In this document: positions 1 through 8,244 of the stretch, piece after piece
How positions within the stretch are numbered: position 1 is the stretch's first letter
Layout: every line of letters begins with the position of its first letter
Assembly: GCA_028817225.1 (NCBI GenBank)
Contig: JAPPQC010000053.1
Coordinates: 8,709 to 72,708 of the forward strand
DNA: 64,000 nt
Origin: Gammaproteobacteria bacterium
GTDB lineage: Bacteria; Pseudomonadota; Gammaproteobacteria; Poriferisulfidales; Oxydemutatoraceae
Direction of reading: 5' to 3'
Position numbers and translations under genes: made by a program
Notes under the pieces: model-generated
The model's input: only the letters and a program-made list of their open reading frames with translations
Told to the model about the DNA's origin: nothing
Databases searched by the model: none

Positions 1-5
1 GCGAC

Positions 6-206
6 TTACTCTTTCTTGTCGGAGGCTTGTTCCCCGGTGACTTTCTGCTGCTTGTCGGCGGCGGGTTCTTCCTCGTCGCCCATGGATTTCTTGAAACCTT
101 TGATGGCGTTGCCCAGATCGGAGCCCAGTCCCCTGAGCTTCTTGGTGCCGAACAAAAGCAGGACTATCACCAGAATCAGCAATATCTGCAAGGGTCCCCA
201 ACTCAT
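6..206 (-). CDS. tatA: Twin-arginine translocase subunit TatA/E
   Basis: 66-aa ORF with the canonical TatA layout: N-terminal TM helix ([15 protein letters not shown]), amphipathic helix ([22 protein letters not shown]) and acidic tail. Confidence 0.9.
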   Translation of the reverse strand: MSWGPLQILLILVIVLLLFGTKKLRGLGSDLGNAIKGFKKSMGDEEEPAADKQQKVTGEQASDKKE

Positions 207-358
207 ACTTCACTCCCTGTTTGGTTGCGCGCGTGCGGTTGCGTATATGGTAGCACTTTTTTGCAGTCTGTGGGCGGCGGGAGGCGGGGTGAGGGGCGGG
301 GCGAAAGGCGGGGCGGTGATGCCATCCTGTCATCACCGCCCGCAGTGCGGCGGGCTTT

Positions 359-448
359 TCAGTCCCGGCTGTACTTGTAATGGAGAAAAATCGCGATAGC
401 AAGCACCACCAGGCCAATGATGGTTCCTGCTTTTTCGTAGAAATTCAT
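359..448 (-). CDS. 29-aa single-TM micropeptide (MNFYEKAGTIIGLVVLAIAIFLHYKYSRD)
   Basis: ATG..TGA ORF below the ORF-track cutoff. It has paralogs at 459-545 and 2517-2606 with a conserved MxFYxK...HxKYxR frame around a hydrophobic helix. AAGGGA-type SD upstream. Confidence 0.45.
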   Translation of the reverse strand: MNFYEKAGTIIGLVVLAIAIFLHYKYSRD

Positions 449-458
449 TTCTTTCCCT

Positions 459-545
459 TTACCTGTTGTACTTGAAATGAATAAAAACCGCGATAGCAAA
501 CACCACCGCACTGATGATGAGCGCCGATTTTACATAGAAATTCAT
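459..545 (-). CDS. 28-aa single-TM micropeptide (MNFYVKSALIISAVVFAIAVFIHFKYNR)
   Basis: Its ATG overlaps the TGA of the upstream 67-aa ORF (ATGA at 542-545). GAAGGAGA lies just upstream. Paralogous to 359-448 and 2517-2606. Confidence 0.5.
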   Translation of the reverse strand: MNFYVKSALIISAVVFAIAVFIHFKYNR

Positions 546-745
546 TTTTTTCTCCTTCTCGTTTTTCTGCTTATTAACGCCATGCCAATGGCATAGAAGC
601 TAATTAACCACGCTATACTTGCCACGAGGCTGGACAACTTTTCTGTCAACCAGAAGGATTGGAAAAAGAGCAATCCCGCCCCGAGGTTCCCGAGGGCTAT
701 AAAACCCTTGCCCGCTTCTTCCAGCGGTTTTGTATATTTTGCCAT
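542..745 (-). CDS. 67-aa two-TM small membrane protein with a basic C-terminus (RKTRRRKK)
   Basis: ORF preceded by AAGGAGG SD 8 nt upstream. The paralog at 2603-2806 shares a nearly identical N-terminal 32 aa (MAKYTKPLEEAGKG.IALGNLGAGLLF.QSFW). Confidence 0.6.
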   Translation of the reverse strand: MAKYTKPLEEAGKGFIALGNLGAGLLFFQSFWLTEKLSSLVASIAWLISFYAIGMALISRKTRRRKK

Positions 746-954
746 GTGAGGCCACCTCCTTTGGCAGCCTTTTTGGCATTTGGCAGTGTAAAAAAGTGTA
801 AGTGTTGGAATGAGCGGTATTAAATACCCGACGAACGGTAGCTAATTTTTTCGGATTCGCTGTCATTTTGCCGGGGAACGCCGGTTGGGGGAGGGCGATG
901 TAAGGTGGAGTTTTCACACCTGAAACATTGGCGGGCCTGTAAAATATTTCGGTC

Positions 955-2442
955 ATGAAGAAAATCAACATCTCAAAATCTTCTTTTATGCGGGGCCGCC
1001 AATGTCACAAGGCATTGTGGTTGCACAAACACCGCCCTGAATTGGCGCCGCAGGAATCCGTGTCGCGTGATGCGAGGAAGTATGAAGGCACCGCTATTGG
1101 GAAACTCGCCTGTGGTTTGTTTCCCGGCGGCTATGAAGTTCCGACAGATGATTGGGACAATACGGACTTCAACGAACTGCTGGACCTGACCGACAAGTAT
1201 ATTGAGGCCGGTGATGCCCCTATCTACGAAGCCACGATATCCGCCGCCGGTGTTTTTGTGATGGTGGATATTCTTGTGCCGACGGAAAAGGGGTGGGAAA
1301 TATACGAGGTGAAAGGCTCCACCGAAGTGAAATCTCATCACTGCCATGATGCGGCAATTCAATACTATGCGCTCAAAAAGGCCGGTCTGGAAATTTCCGG
1401 CGTGTTCATTGTGCACATAAACAACGAATATGTGCGCCAGGGCGAGCTGGATATCCGGCAGTTGTTCACCATGGCGGACGTTTCAGATGAGATGATGAAT
1501 CTGCAAACAGAAATTCCCGGCGAACTGGAAGAGATGCAGAAAACCTTGCAAGATGGAGAGCCGGATATCGCCATCGGTTTGCATTGTGAGAAACCTTACA
1601 AGTGCGACTTCCGCGAATATTGCTGGAAGCATGTTCCGGAGAATTCTGTTCTTGATATTACCGGGCGCGGCAAAGAGGAAAGATTTGGTTTGTGCGAAAA
1701 AAGAGTCGTGGCTATTGCCGATTTGCCCGATGATCTTTCATTGACCAGGGAACAGCAAATTCAGGTTGAAGGGGTAAAAACCGGCAAAAGAGTTGTGAAC
1801 AAGGATGCCCTGTCCCGTTTTCTGAACACACTGCGGTATCCGCTTTGCTTTCTGGATTTTGAAACCTGGGGGCCTGCCGTTCCTCCTTTCGACAACGCCA
1901 AACCATACGGGCTGATTCCCACTCAATATTCCCTGCATGTTCTGAATAGTGAGGAAGGCAAATTGCGTCATTATGAATATCTGGCCGATGGACGGGACGA
2001 TCCGAGAGCGCAACTCACAAGGCGGCTGGTTGGGCAGATACCGGATGACTCTTGTATTCTGGTCTATAACAAAAACTTTGAAATCAGGGTGCTGAACGCG
2101 CTGGAACAGGCATGCCCTGATTATGCAGATGCTGTCGCAACCATCCGCGACAACATACGAGATTTGATGAGGCCCTTTTGTGACAAGGATTACTACACAC
2201 CTCCCATGAAAGGCAGGTATTCCATCAAGTATGTGTTGCCTGCTCTGGTGCCGGGCATGCAATACGAGGGGGAAGTCGCCGACGGCAACGCCGCGATGTA
2301 TGCTTTTGCCGTGTTGCGGGAAACCGGCGACCCAATCGAGCGCGAGAAACTCCGCCGTGCCCTGCTGGAATACTGCAAACAGGACACTCTGGCGATGGTC
2401 AGAATACTGGAGAAGGTACGCGAGGCGGCAGCTTCAGATTAG
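955..2442 (+). CDS. DUF2779-type protein: N-terminal PD-(D/E)XK Cas4/RecB-like nuclease with a Cys cluster, plus a C-terminal DEDD-like 3'-5' exonuclease fold
   Basis: 495-aa ORF. It has an N-terminal SKSSFMRGRQCHKALWL, a VDIL...EIYEVK (D...ExK) motif and a Cys triad HCEKPYKCDFREYCW that could make four Fe-S ligands together with C17. The C-terminal half has FLDFET, YNKNFE and YCKQDT (DEDDy-like) motifs. Confidence 0.8.
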   Translation: MKKINISKSSFMRGRQCHKALWLHKHRPELAPQESVSRDARKYEGTAIGKLACGLFPGGYEVPTDDWDNTDFNELLDLTDKYIEAGDAPIYEATISAAGVFVMVDILVPTEKGWEIYEVKGSTEVKSHHCHDAAIQYYALKKAGLEISGVFIVHINNEYVRQGELDIRQLFTMADVSDEMMNLQTEIPGELEEMQKTLQDGEPDIAIGLHCEKPYKCDFREYCWKHVPENSVLDITGRGKEERFGLCEKRVVAIADLPDDLSLTREQQIQVEGVKTGKRVVNKDALSRFLNTLRYPLCFLDFETWGPAVPPFDNAKPYGLIPTQYSLHVLNSEEGKLRHYEYLADGRDDPRAQLTRRLVGQIPDDSCILVYNKNFEIRVLNALEQACPDYADAVATIRDNIRDLMRPFCDKDYYTPPMKGRYSIKYVLPALVPGMQYEGEVADGNAAMYAFAVLRETGDPIEREKLRRALLEYCKQDTLAMVRILEKVREAAASD

Positions 2443-2516
2443 GCTGAAGCAATATACGCTTCAGGGCGGGGCGGTGATGTCATCCTGCAATCACCGCCCG
2501 CAGTGCGACGGGCTTT

Positions 2517-2606
2517 TCAGTCCCGTCCGTATTTGTAATGGAGAAAAATCCCCAGCGCAAGCATTACCAAACCAATAATGGCTCCCGCTTTTTCGTAGAA
2601 ACTCAT
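2517..2606 (-). CDS. 29-aa single-TM micropeptide (MSFYEKAGAIIGLVMLALGIFLHYKYGRD)
   Basis: Its ATG overlaps the TGA of the 2603-2806 ORF (ATGA). Paralog of 359-448. Confidence 0.5.
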   Translation of the reverse strand: MSFYEKAGAIIGLVMLALGIFLHYKYGRD

Positions 2607-2806
2607 TTTGTTCTCCTTTTGTAGCTCATGCTCATTAACGCCGTGCCGACGATGTAAAAGCCAATCAGCCAGATTATACTCACAACAAGACCAGACAACT
2701 TGTTCATTTCCCAAAACGATTGAACAAAAAGCAATCCCGCCCCGAGGTTCCCGAGGGCTATCAAACCCTTGCCCGCTTCTTCCAGCGGTTTTGTATATTT
2801 TGCCAT
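2603..2806 (-). CDS. 67-aa two-TM small membrane protein (paralog of 542-745)
   Basis: MAKYTKPLEEAGKGLIALGNLGAGLLFVQSFW..., with the same SD and 5' region as copy 1. Confidence 0.6.
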   Translation of the reverse strand: MAKYTKPLEEAGKGLIALGNLGAGLLFVQSFWEMNKLSGLVVSIIWLIGFYIVGTALMSMSYKRRTK

Positions 2807-2979
2807 GTGAGGCCACCTCCTTTGGCAGCCTTTTTGGCATTTGGCAGTGTAAAAAAGTGTAAGTGTTGGAATGAGCGGTATTAAATACCCGACGAACGGT
2901 ACATTTTTTTGTTTTCTGCATCAAATTGAAGTCCGGCCACGCTGCGCCGCCCGCCCCGCCGACCGCATCATTCGCCGTT

Positions 2980-3354
2980 TCACCCTCCACGGCGCCGCTT
3001 TTCCTCATGGCCGGAAGTGCCGAAGCGTCGTTCCAGTTCCGCCAGCAGTTCTTCTACTGTGATGTTCTTGTGTGCGAGCAGCACCTGGCAGTGAAACCAC
3101 AGGTCGGCCATTTCGTGGAGGATGCGTTGTCGCTGCTCCTCGCGCGCCGCCTCGTCCGTTGTCCTTGCCGCCGCATCGCCCGCTGTTCCAGCCGCCTCGC
3201 CCGCCGCCTCAATCAACTCCCCCGCTTCCTCGGCGATTTTCTCAAGAATGGCGTCGTCGCCCTTGCGGTAGAGAGAGGCGCTGTACGATTCCCCGGCGCC
3301 GGCGCTCTTGCGCTGCTCCAGCACATCGGCAATGCGCTTGATGATGTCCGCCAT
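2980..3354 (-). CDS. hisE: Phosphoribosyl-ATP pyrophosphatase (monofunctional HisE)
   Basis: MADIIKRIADVLEQRK...SYSASLYRKGDDAILEKIAEEAGELIEA...LHEMADLWFHCQVLLA. Start moved to the ATG at 3354 within ORF 2980-3414. Confidence 0.85.
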   Translation of the reverse strand: MADIIKRIADVLEQRKSAGAGESYSASLYRKGDDAILEKIAEEAGELIEAAGEAAGTAGDAAARTTDEAAREEQRQRILHEMADLWFHCQVLLAHKNITVEELLAELERRFGTSGHEEKRRRGG

Positions 3355-3435
3355 TCTGCTTCTCCCCGCCTTTGGCCTAAACGCTTTCCGGCACGCCGGC
3401 AACGCGCCCGACAACCCCCGCCCCGTCCAAACAAT

Positions 3436-4194
3436 TCAAAGCCGCACCTCCACCCCACGCCCCCGCATATACTCCTTTGCCTCGCGTATCGTATGCTCAC
3501 GATAATGAAAAATACTCGCCGCCAGCACCGCATCGGCCAGCCCCTCGGTAACGCCCTCCACCAGATGCTCCAGACAACCCACACCGCCGGAGGCGATGAC
3601 CGGTATGTTCACGCTCTCGCTGATGCGCCGCGTCAGCGCCAGGTCAAAGCCCTCGCGCGTGCCGTCGCGGTCCATGCTGGTCAGCAGGATTTCGCCGCAG
3701 CCGCAGGACTCCATCCGCCGCGCCCACTGCACGGCGTCTATGCCCGTCGGCGTGCGCCCGCCGTGCGTGTGGATTTCCCAGTGGCCGTTGTTTTTCTTCG
3801 CGTCAATCGCGACGACGATGCACTGCGTCCCCACCTTTGCAACGGCGCGGCGCACCAGATCCGGGTCGTGCACGGCGGCGGTGTTGATTGCAATCTTGTC
3901 GGCGCCGGCGCGGTGCAGCCGCCGGATGTCCTCAACATCGCGGACGCCGCCGCCGACGGTCAGCGGCATGAAGACCTCGCCCGCAACGCGCTCGACAATG
4001 CCGAGCATGATGTCGCGCCCGTCGGAACTGGCGGTGATGTCGAGAAAGGTGATTTCATCGGCGCCTTCGTCGTTGTAGCGCCTGGCGATTTCCACCGGGT
4101 CGCCGGCGTCGGTGATGTTGACAAAGTTCACGCCCTTGACAACGCGGCCCCGGTTGACATCAAGACAGGGAATGACACGCCTCGCCAGCGGCAT
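3436..4194 (-). CDS. hisF: Imidazole glycerol phosphate synthase, cyclase subunit
   Basis: [13 protein letters not shown]...[13 protein letters not shown]...IASGGVG. Start at the ATG at 4194. Confidence 0.95.
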   Translation of the reverse strand: MPLARRVIPCLDVNRGRVVKGVNFVNITDAGDPVEIARRYNDEGADEITFLDITASSDGRDIMLGIVERVAGEVFMPLTVGGGVRDVEDIRRLHRAGADKIAINTAAVHDPDLVRRAVAKVGTQCIVVAIDAKKNNGHWEIHTHGGRTPTGIDAVQWARRMESCGCGEILLTSMDRDGTREGFDLALTRRISESVNIPVIASGGVGCLEHLVEGVTEGLADAVLAASIFHYREHTIREAKEYMRGRGVEVRL

Positions 4195-4275
4195 CGTCAG
4201 CCCCTCAATGCCCCAGTGCCGTCCGCCGCGCCAGCCGGCGCACCAGGCGAATGACACGCCCCGCCAGCGGCACCC

Positions 4276-5028
4276 TCACCCCCGTTCCGGCGGCGGGCGC
4301 AGCCGGTTGACGAGTTCGCGGGTTTCGGCGAGGTCCAGCGTGCCCTCGTACAGCGCGCGCCCCAGCACCACGCCGTGTATGCCCTCCTCGTCGGTCGCGC
4401 ACAGCGCCTCGATGTTTTTCAGCGTCGTGAAACCGCCGGCGGCGATGACCGGAATGTGAATCGAGGCCGCAAGCGCCACCGTGCTCTCGATGTTCGGCCC
4501 GCTCATCATGCCGTCGCGGCTGACATCGGTGTGGATAATCGCGGCGACGCCGTCGCTCTCAAAGTGCTGCACCAGGTCAACCGGGTCGTGGTGCAGCAGT
4601 TTCGACCAGCCCGAAATGGCAATCTTGCCGTCCTTGATGTCAATGCCGACGATGATGTGCCCCGGAAACTCCAGGCACAGGTCGTTGATGAAGTGCGGCT
4701 GGCTCGCCGCGCGCGTGCCGAGAATCACATACTGCACGCCGATGTCCAGATAGGCCTGCACCGTTTCCTCGTCGCGGATGCCGCCGCCGACCTGCACCTC
4801 GCAGTCCGGCAGGTGTTTGGTGATGCGCTCAACCCACTGCATGTTTTCGGGCTTGCCGCTGGCGGCGCCGTCAAGGTCAATGATGTGCAGGCGCTCGGCG
4901 CCGGCCTCGGCCCAGCGCTCGGCGGTGGCGACCGGGTCGTCGGAAAACACGGTGGTCTCGTCGCGCCGGCCCTGGCGCAGGCGCACGCAGTTGCCGTCTT
5001 TCAGGTCAATGGCGGGAATCAGAAGCAT
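4276..5028 (-). CDS. hisA: ProFAR isomerase HisA
   Basis: [20 protein letters not shown]...IIDLDGA...VIAAGG. Start at the ATG at 5028. Confidence 0.95.
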   Translation of the reverse strand: MLLIPAIDLKDGNCVRLRQGRRDETTVFSDDPVATAERWAEAGAERLHIIDLDGAASGKPENMQWVERITKHLPDCEVQVGGGIRDEETVQAYLDIGVQYVILGTRAASQPHFINDLCLEFPGHIIVGIDIKDGKIAISGWSKLLHHDPVDLVQHFESDGVAAIIHTDVSRDGMMSGPNIESTVALAASIHIPVIAAGGFTTLKNIEALCATDEEGIHGVVLGRALYEGTLDLAETRELVNRLRPPPERG

Positions 5029-5079
5029 AGCGGTTGCCGGTCGGGGCCTGTCAGTATAACGCACCCGCGCTCAAGGCGC

Positions 5080-5721
5080 TCAAGACGCGCCGTCCCAGCG
5101 CACAAAATTCTCCAGCAGGCGCAGGCCGTTGGCGGCGCTTTTCTCGGGGTGGAACTGCACCGCGAACACAAGGCCGGAGGCGACGGCGCAGGTGAATTCC
5201 GCGCCGTATTCGGTGCACCCGGCCACCAGCGCGCCGTCGGCGGGTTCCACATGGTAACTGTGCACAAAATAAAAATGCTCGTTGTCGGCGATGCCGTCCC
5301 ACAGCGGATGGCGCCGCGTCTGCCGCACCCGGTTCCAGCCCATGTGCGGTATCTTGCGGCCCGGCGCCGCGCCGGCGTGTTCGGCCAGGTGGCGGGCGCG
5401 GCCCGCGAACACGCCGAGGCAGTCGGTGCCGCCGTTTTCATCGCTGTGTTCAAGCAGCACTTGCAGCCCCATGCAGATTCCGAGAAACGGTTTTTCGGCG
5501 GCGGCGCGCGCCAGCGGCCCGGCAAGGCCGCGCGCGTGAATCGCGCCCATGCAGTCGCCGGCGGCGCCCTGGCCGGGAAAGACAACCTTGTCGGCGTCGT
5601 CAATCAGCCCGGCGTCGCCGCCGGTCACGATGCGCGTGCGTTCGGGGCTGACGCAGTGCAACGCCTTCTCGACCGAGCGCAGGTTGCCCATGCCGTAATC
5701 CACAATGGTGATGGTGGTCAT
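5080..5721 (-). CDS. hisH: Imidazole glycerol phosphate synthase, glutaminase subunit
   Basis: ITIVDYGMGNLRSVEKAL...GICMGLQVL...QFHPEKS. Confidence 0.95.
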   Translation of the reverse strand: MTTITIVDYGMGNLRSVEKALHCVSPERTRIVTGGDAGLIDDADKVVFPGQGAAGDCMGAIHARGLAGPLARAAAEKPFLGICMGLQVLLEHSDENGGTDCLGVFAGRARHLAEHAGAAPGRKIPHMGWNRVRQTRRHPLWDGIADNEHFYFVHSYHVEPADGALVAGCTEYGAEFTCAVASGLVFAVQFHPEKSAANGLRLLENFVRWDGAS

Positions 5722-5762
5722 TGTGCGGGCCGCGGCGGCGCCGCGGCGGGCGGTTCAAAGCG

Positions 5763-6356
5763 TCAAAGCACGCCCTTGGTAGAGGGCAGGCCGGCGGCCA
5801 TGCGCGAATCCGGCTCCACCGCCATGCGGCACGCCCTGGCGAACGCCTTGAACACGGTCTCGGCGATGTGGTGGCTGTTGTCGCCGCGCAGGTTGTCAAT
5901 GTGCAGCGTCGCCTGCGCGTGGTTGACAAAGCCCTGGAAAAACTCGTGAATCAAGTCCACATCAAACTCGCCGATGCGCGCGCGCGGGTAGCGCACATGA
6001 TAGTCCAGCCCCGGACGCCCGGAAAAATCAACCACCACGCGCGACAGCGCCTCGTCCAGCGGCACATAGGCGTGGCCGTAGCGGCGAATGCCTTTCTTGT
6101 CGCCGAGCGCCCTGGTAAAGGCCTGGCCGAGCGTGATGCCGGCGTCCTCGACGGTGTGGTGGTCGTCCACTTCAAGGTCGCCGGAGGCCCGCAGGTCCAG
6201 ATCAAAACAGCCGTGCTTGCGGAACTGGTCGAGCATGTGTTCAAGAAACGGAATGCCGATTTCAATGCGGCTCTTTCCGGAACCGTCCAGATTCAGTTCA
6301 ATGTCTATCTGTGTCTCGGCGGTGTGGCGCCGGACGCTGCTGGTGCGCGCGGTCAT
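5763..6356 (-). CDS. hisB: Imidazoleglycerol-phosphate dehydratase
   Basis: [18 protein letters not shown]...FLEHMLDQF...[17 protein letters not shown]. Start at the ATG at 6356. Confidence 0.95.
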   Translation of the reverse strand: MTARTSSVRRHTAETQIDIELNLDGSGKSRIEIGIPFLEHMLDQFRKHGCFDLDLRASGDLEVDDHHTVEDAGITLGQAFTRALGDKKGIRRYGHAYVPLDEALSRVVVDFSGRPGLDYHVRYPRARIGEFDVDLIHEFFQGFVNHAQATLHIDNLRGDNSHHIAETVFKAFARACRMAVEPDSRMAAGLPSTKGVL

Positions 6357-6456
6357 GCTGCGGAACTTCCGTGTGGGGAGACGATTATAACCGATACAGC
6401 CGGAAAACGCCGCCCCCCGGCGCGGGCGGCGCGGGCGGCGCGCCGCCGCCTCGCAA

Positions 6457-7413
6457 TCACCGTCCGGCGAATTGCCGCGCCGCCGCGTCGGTGGCCTCGA
6501 CCAGGCGGTGGATGATGGCCGGCTCAAACGCCGAATGCCCGGCGCCGTCGGCGATTTGCAGTTGTGCCCGCGGCCAGTGCCGGTGCAGCAGCCACGCCTG
6601 CTCCAGCGGGCACACCGCGTCGTAGCGCCCGTGCACAATCACGCCCGGAATATCGGCGATTTTGGCGGCGTCGTCCAGCAGTTGCCCCTCGTCCAGGAAG
6701 ATGCGGTTGATAAAGTAATGGCATTCAATGCGCGCCAGGCTCAGCGCGACATGCGGGTTGCTGAAGAACTCGACAACGGCAGGCTTGGGCCGCAGCGTCG
6801 CGGTGCGGCCTTCCCACACCGACCACGCGATGGCAGCCTTCAGCCGCGCCTGTTCGTCGTCGCCGGTCAGGCGGCGGTAATAGGCGCCGATCATGTCGCC
6901 GCGCTCTTCGGGCGCGATGACCTCCTCGAACGAGCGCCACCAGTCCGGAAAAAGAAAGCGCGCGCCGTCCTGGTAAAACCACAGCAAATCGCGGCGGCGG
7001 CACAGAAACACGCCGCGCAGAATCAGCGACAGGCAGCGCTGCGGGTGCGCCGCGGCGTAGGCGAGCGCCAGCGTCGAACCCCACGAGCCGCCGAACACAA
7101 CCCAGCGTTCAATGCCGAGATGCGCGCGTATTTTTTCAATGTCGGCGATCAGGTGCTGCGTGGTGTTGTCTTTCAGTTCGGCGTGCGGCGTCGAGCGCCC
7201 GCTGCCGCGCTGGTCAAACAGCACGATGCGCCAGGCGCCGGGATTGAAGAAGCGGCGGTGGTTGTTCTCGCACCCGGCGCCCGGCCCGCCGTGCAGAAAC
7301 AGCGCCGGCAGCCCGTCGGGATTGCCGCACTCTTCCACATAGAGCGTGTGCAATTCGTCCACCGGCAGGAAAAACGAATGGTTTTCGCTGATTTCCGGGT
7401 AAAGCGCGCGCAT
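6457..7413 (-). CDS. pip: Prolyl aminopeptidase (proline iminopeptidase), alpha/beta hydrolase
   Basis: MRALYPEI...[10 protein letters not shown]...[15 protein letters not shown]...[13 protein letters not shown]. Start at the ATG at 7413. Confidence 0.9.
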   Translation of the reverse strand: MRALYPEISENHSFFLPVDELHTLYVEECGNPDGLPALFLHGGPGAGCENNHRRFFNPGAWRIVLFDQRGSGRSTPHAELKDNTTQHLIADIEKIRAHLGIERWVVFGGSWGSTLALAYAAAHPQRCLSLILRGVFLCRRRDLLWFYQDGARFLFPDWWRSFEEVIAPEERGDMIGAYYRRLTGDDEQARLKAAIAWSVWEGRTATLRPKPAVVEFFSNPHVALSLARIECHYFINRIFLDEGQLLDDAAKIADIPGVIVHGRYDAVCPLEQAWLLHRHWPRAQLQIADGAGHSAFEPAIIHRLVEATDAAARQFAGR

Positions 7414-7439
7414 GGGCGGCAAGTGTACACTACCCACTG

Positions 7440-8141
7440 ATGGACACGGTGATGGACACGCTGCTGCACACAACGCACGGCGCGGCGCTGCCGCTGCACT
7501 GCCGCGGGCGGCGCGACTACGCCGGCGAGTTCGCCGCGATGCGCCATTACACGCGCGCGCGCGGCGGCGATGACGAGGATCAACTGTGGCTGCTGGAACA
7601 CTGGCCGGTCTATACGCTGGGGCGTCGCGCCGCGCCGGTTGCCGGCGGCGCCATTCCGGTTGTGCACACCGACCGTGCGACAGCATCAGCACGCCGCCGC
7701 CAGGTCGCGGGCAACGCCATTCCGGTTGTGCACACCGACCGCGGCGGTCAGGCGACTTACCACGGCCCCGGCCAGGCCGTGCTGTACACATTGCTTGACC
7801 TCAAACGCCGCGGTCTTGGCGTGCGGTGTTATGTCGGCCTGCTGGAAGAGGCCGTCATCGCCTTTCTCGGCGGTTGCGGCGTTCGCGCGCGCCGTCTGCC
7901 GGGCGCCCCCGGCGTGTATGTGGAAGGGCGCAAGATTGCGTCGCTCGGCCTCAGCGTTTTCAACGGGCGCTGTTATCACGGCGTGGCGCTGAATGTGTGC
8001 ATGGACTTGTCGCCTTTCGCCGGCATCGTCGCGTGCGGCCAGCGCGGCGTCGAGGCGACGCAACTGGCGGACTGCGGTGTGGCGATGGATGTTGAAAGCG
8101 CCGGCGCGGGCGTCGCGCGCAACCTGGCGGTGCGGCTGTGA
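7440..8141 (+). CDS. lipB: Octanoyltransferase LipB (carries in-frame internal duplications)
   Basis: LWLLEHWPVYTLG...IPVVHTDRGGQATYHGPGQAVLY...KIASLG. The N-terminus reads MDTV-MDTL, and a 22-aa duplicated segment ends in AIPVVHTDR. Confidence 0.9.
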   Translation: MDTVMDTLLHTTHGAALPLHCRGRRDYAGEFAAMRHYTRARGGDDEDQLWLLEHWPVYTLGRRAAPVAGGAIPVVHTDRATASARRRQVAGNAIPVVHTDRGGQATYHGPGQAVLYTLLDLKRRGLGVRCYVGLLEEAVIAFLGGCGVRARRLPGAPGVYVEGRKIASLGLSVFNGRCYHGVALNVCMDLSPFAGIVACGQRGVEATQLADCGVAMDVESAGAGVARNLAVRL

Positions 8142-8244
8142 GCGGCGTTGAAGCCGGCGCGGCGCCGCGCGCAAACTTCGCAAGCCATCGGCGCGGCGCG
8201 GGCAAAGTCAGCGCGGCGTTGCGTGCAACCCTGATGGTGCGGCT

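Larger units (their letters stand above)
307..840. repeat. Direct repeat copy 1 (about 534 bp) flanking the DUF2779 gene. It carries a hairpin, two micropeptide ORFs, a 67-aa membrane-protein ORF and its 5' region.
   Basis: Aligns by eye with 2465-2901. The stretch about 650-840 is essentially identical to about 2711-2901 and the remainder is diverged. An extra 97-bp micropeptide unit is present only in this copy. Inverted repeat GGCGGTGATG-N9-CATCACCGCC at 312-340. Confidence 0.85.
2465..2901. repeat. Direct repeat copy 2 (about 437 bp)
   Basis: See 307-840. Same order of elements: hairpin, one micropeptide ORF, 67-aa ORF and an identical 5' region ending ...GTATTAAATACCCGACGAACGGTA. Confidence 0.85.

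Noticed and set aside
542-745. The 67-aa two-TM proteins with a charged C-terminus as class II phage holins.
   Set aside because: Size and topology fit, but there is no endolysin, spanin or other phage gene nearby. The idea is left only as one of several possibilities in the finding.
2926-4254. Long ORFs antisense to, or out of frame with, real genes. Examples: 2926-4254, 4375-5949, 5721-6515, 6472-7440, 9440-10633, 11720-14272, 14058-15032, 17167-18609, 18860-20056, 21525-22625, 24959-26779, 26956-28080, 29408-30754, 35367-37226, 45475-46752, 49560-50603, 56261-58627, 59730-61454 and 62563-63816.
   Set aside because: Their translations are Arg/Ala/Gly/Pro-rich low-complexity strings with no recognisable motifs. 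Each overlaps a gene with clear family signatures on the other strand or in another frame. This is the classic stop-codon-poor shadow-ORF effect of high-GC DNA.
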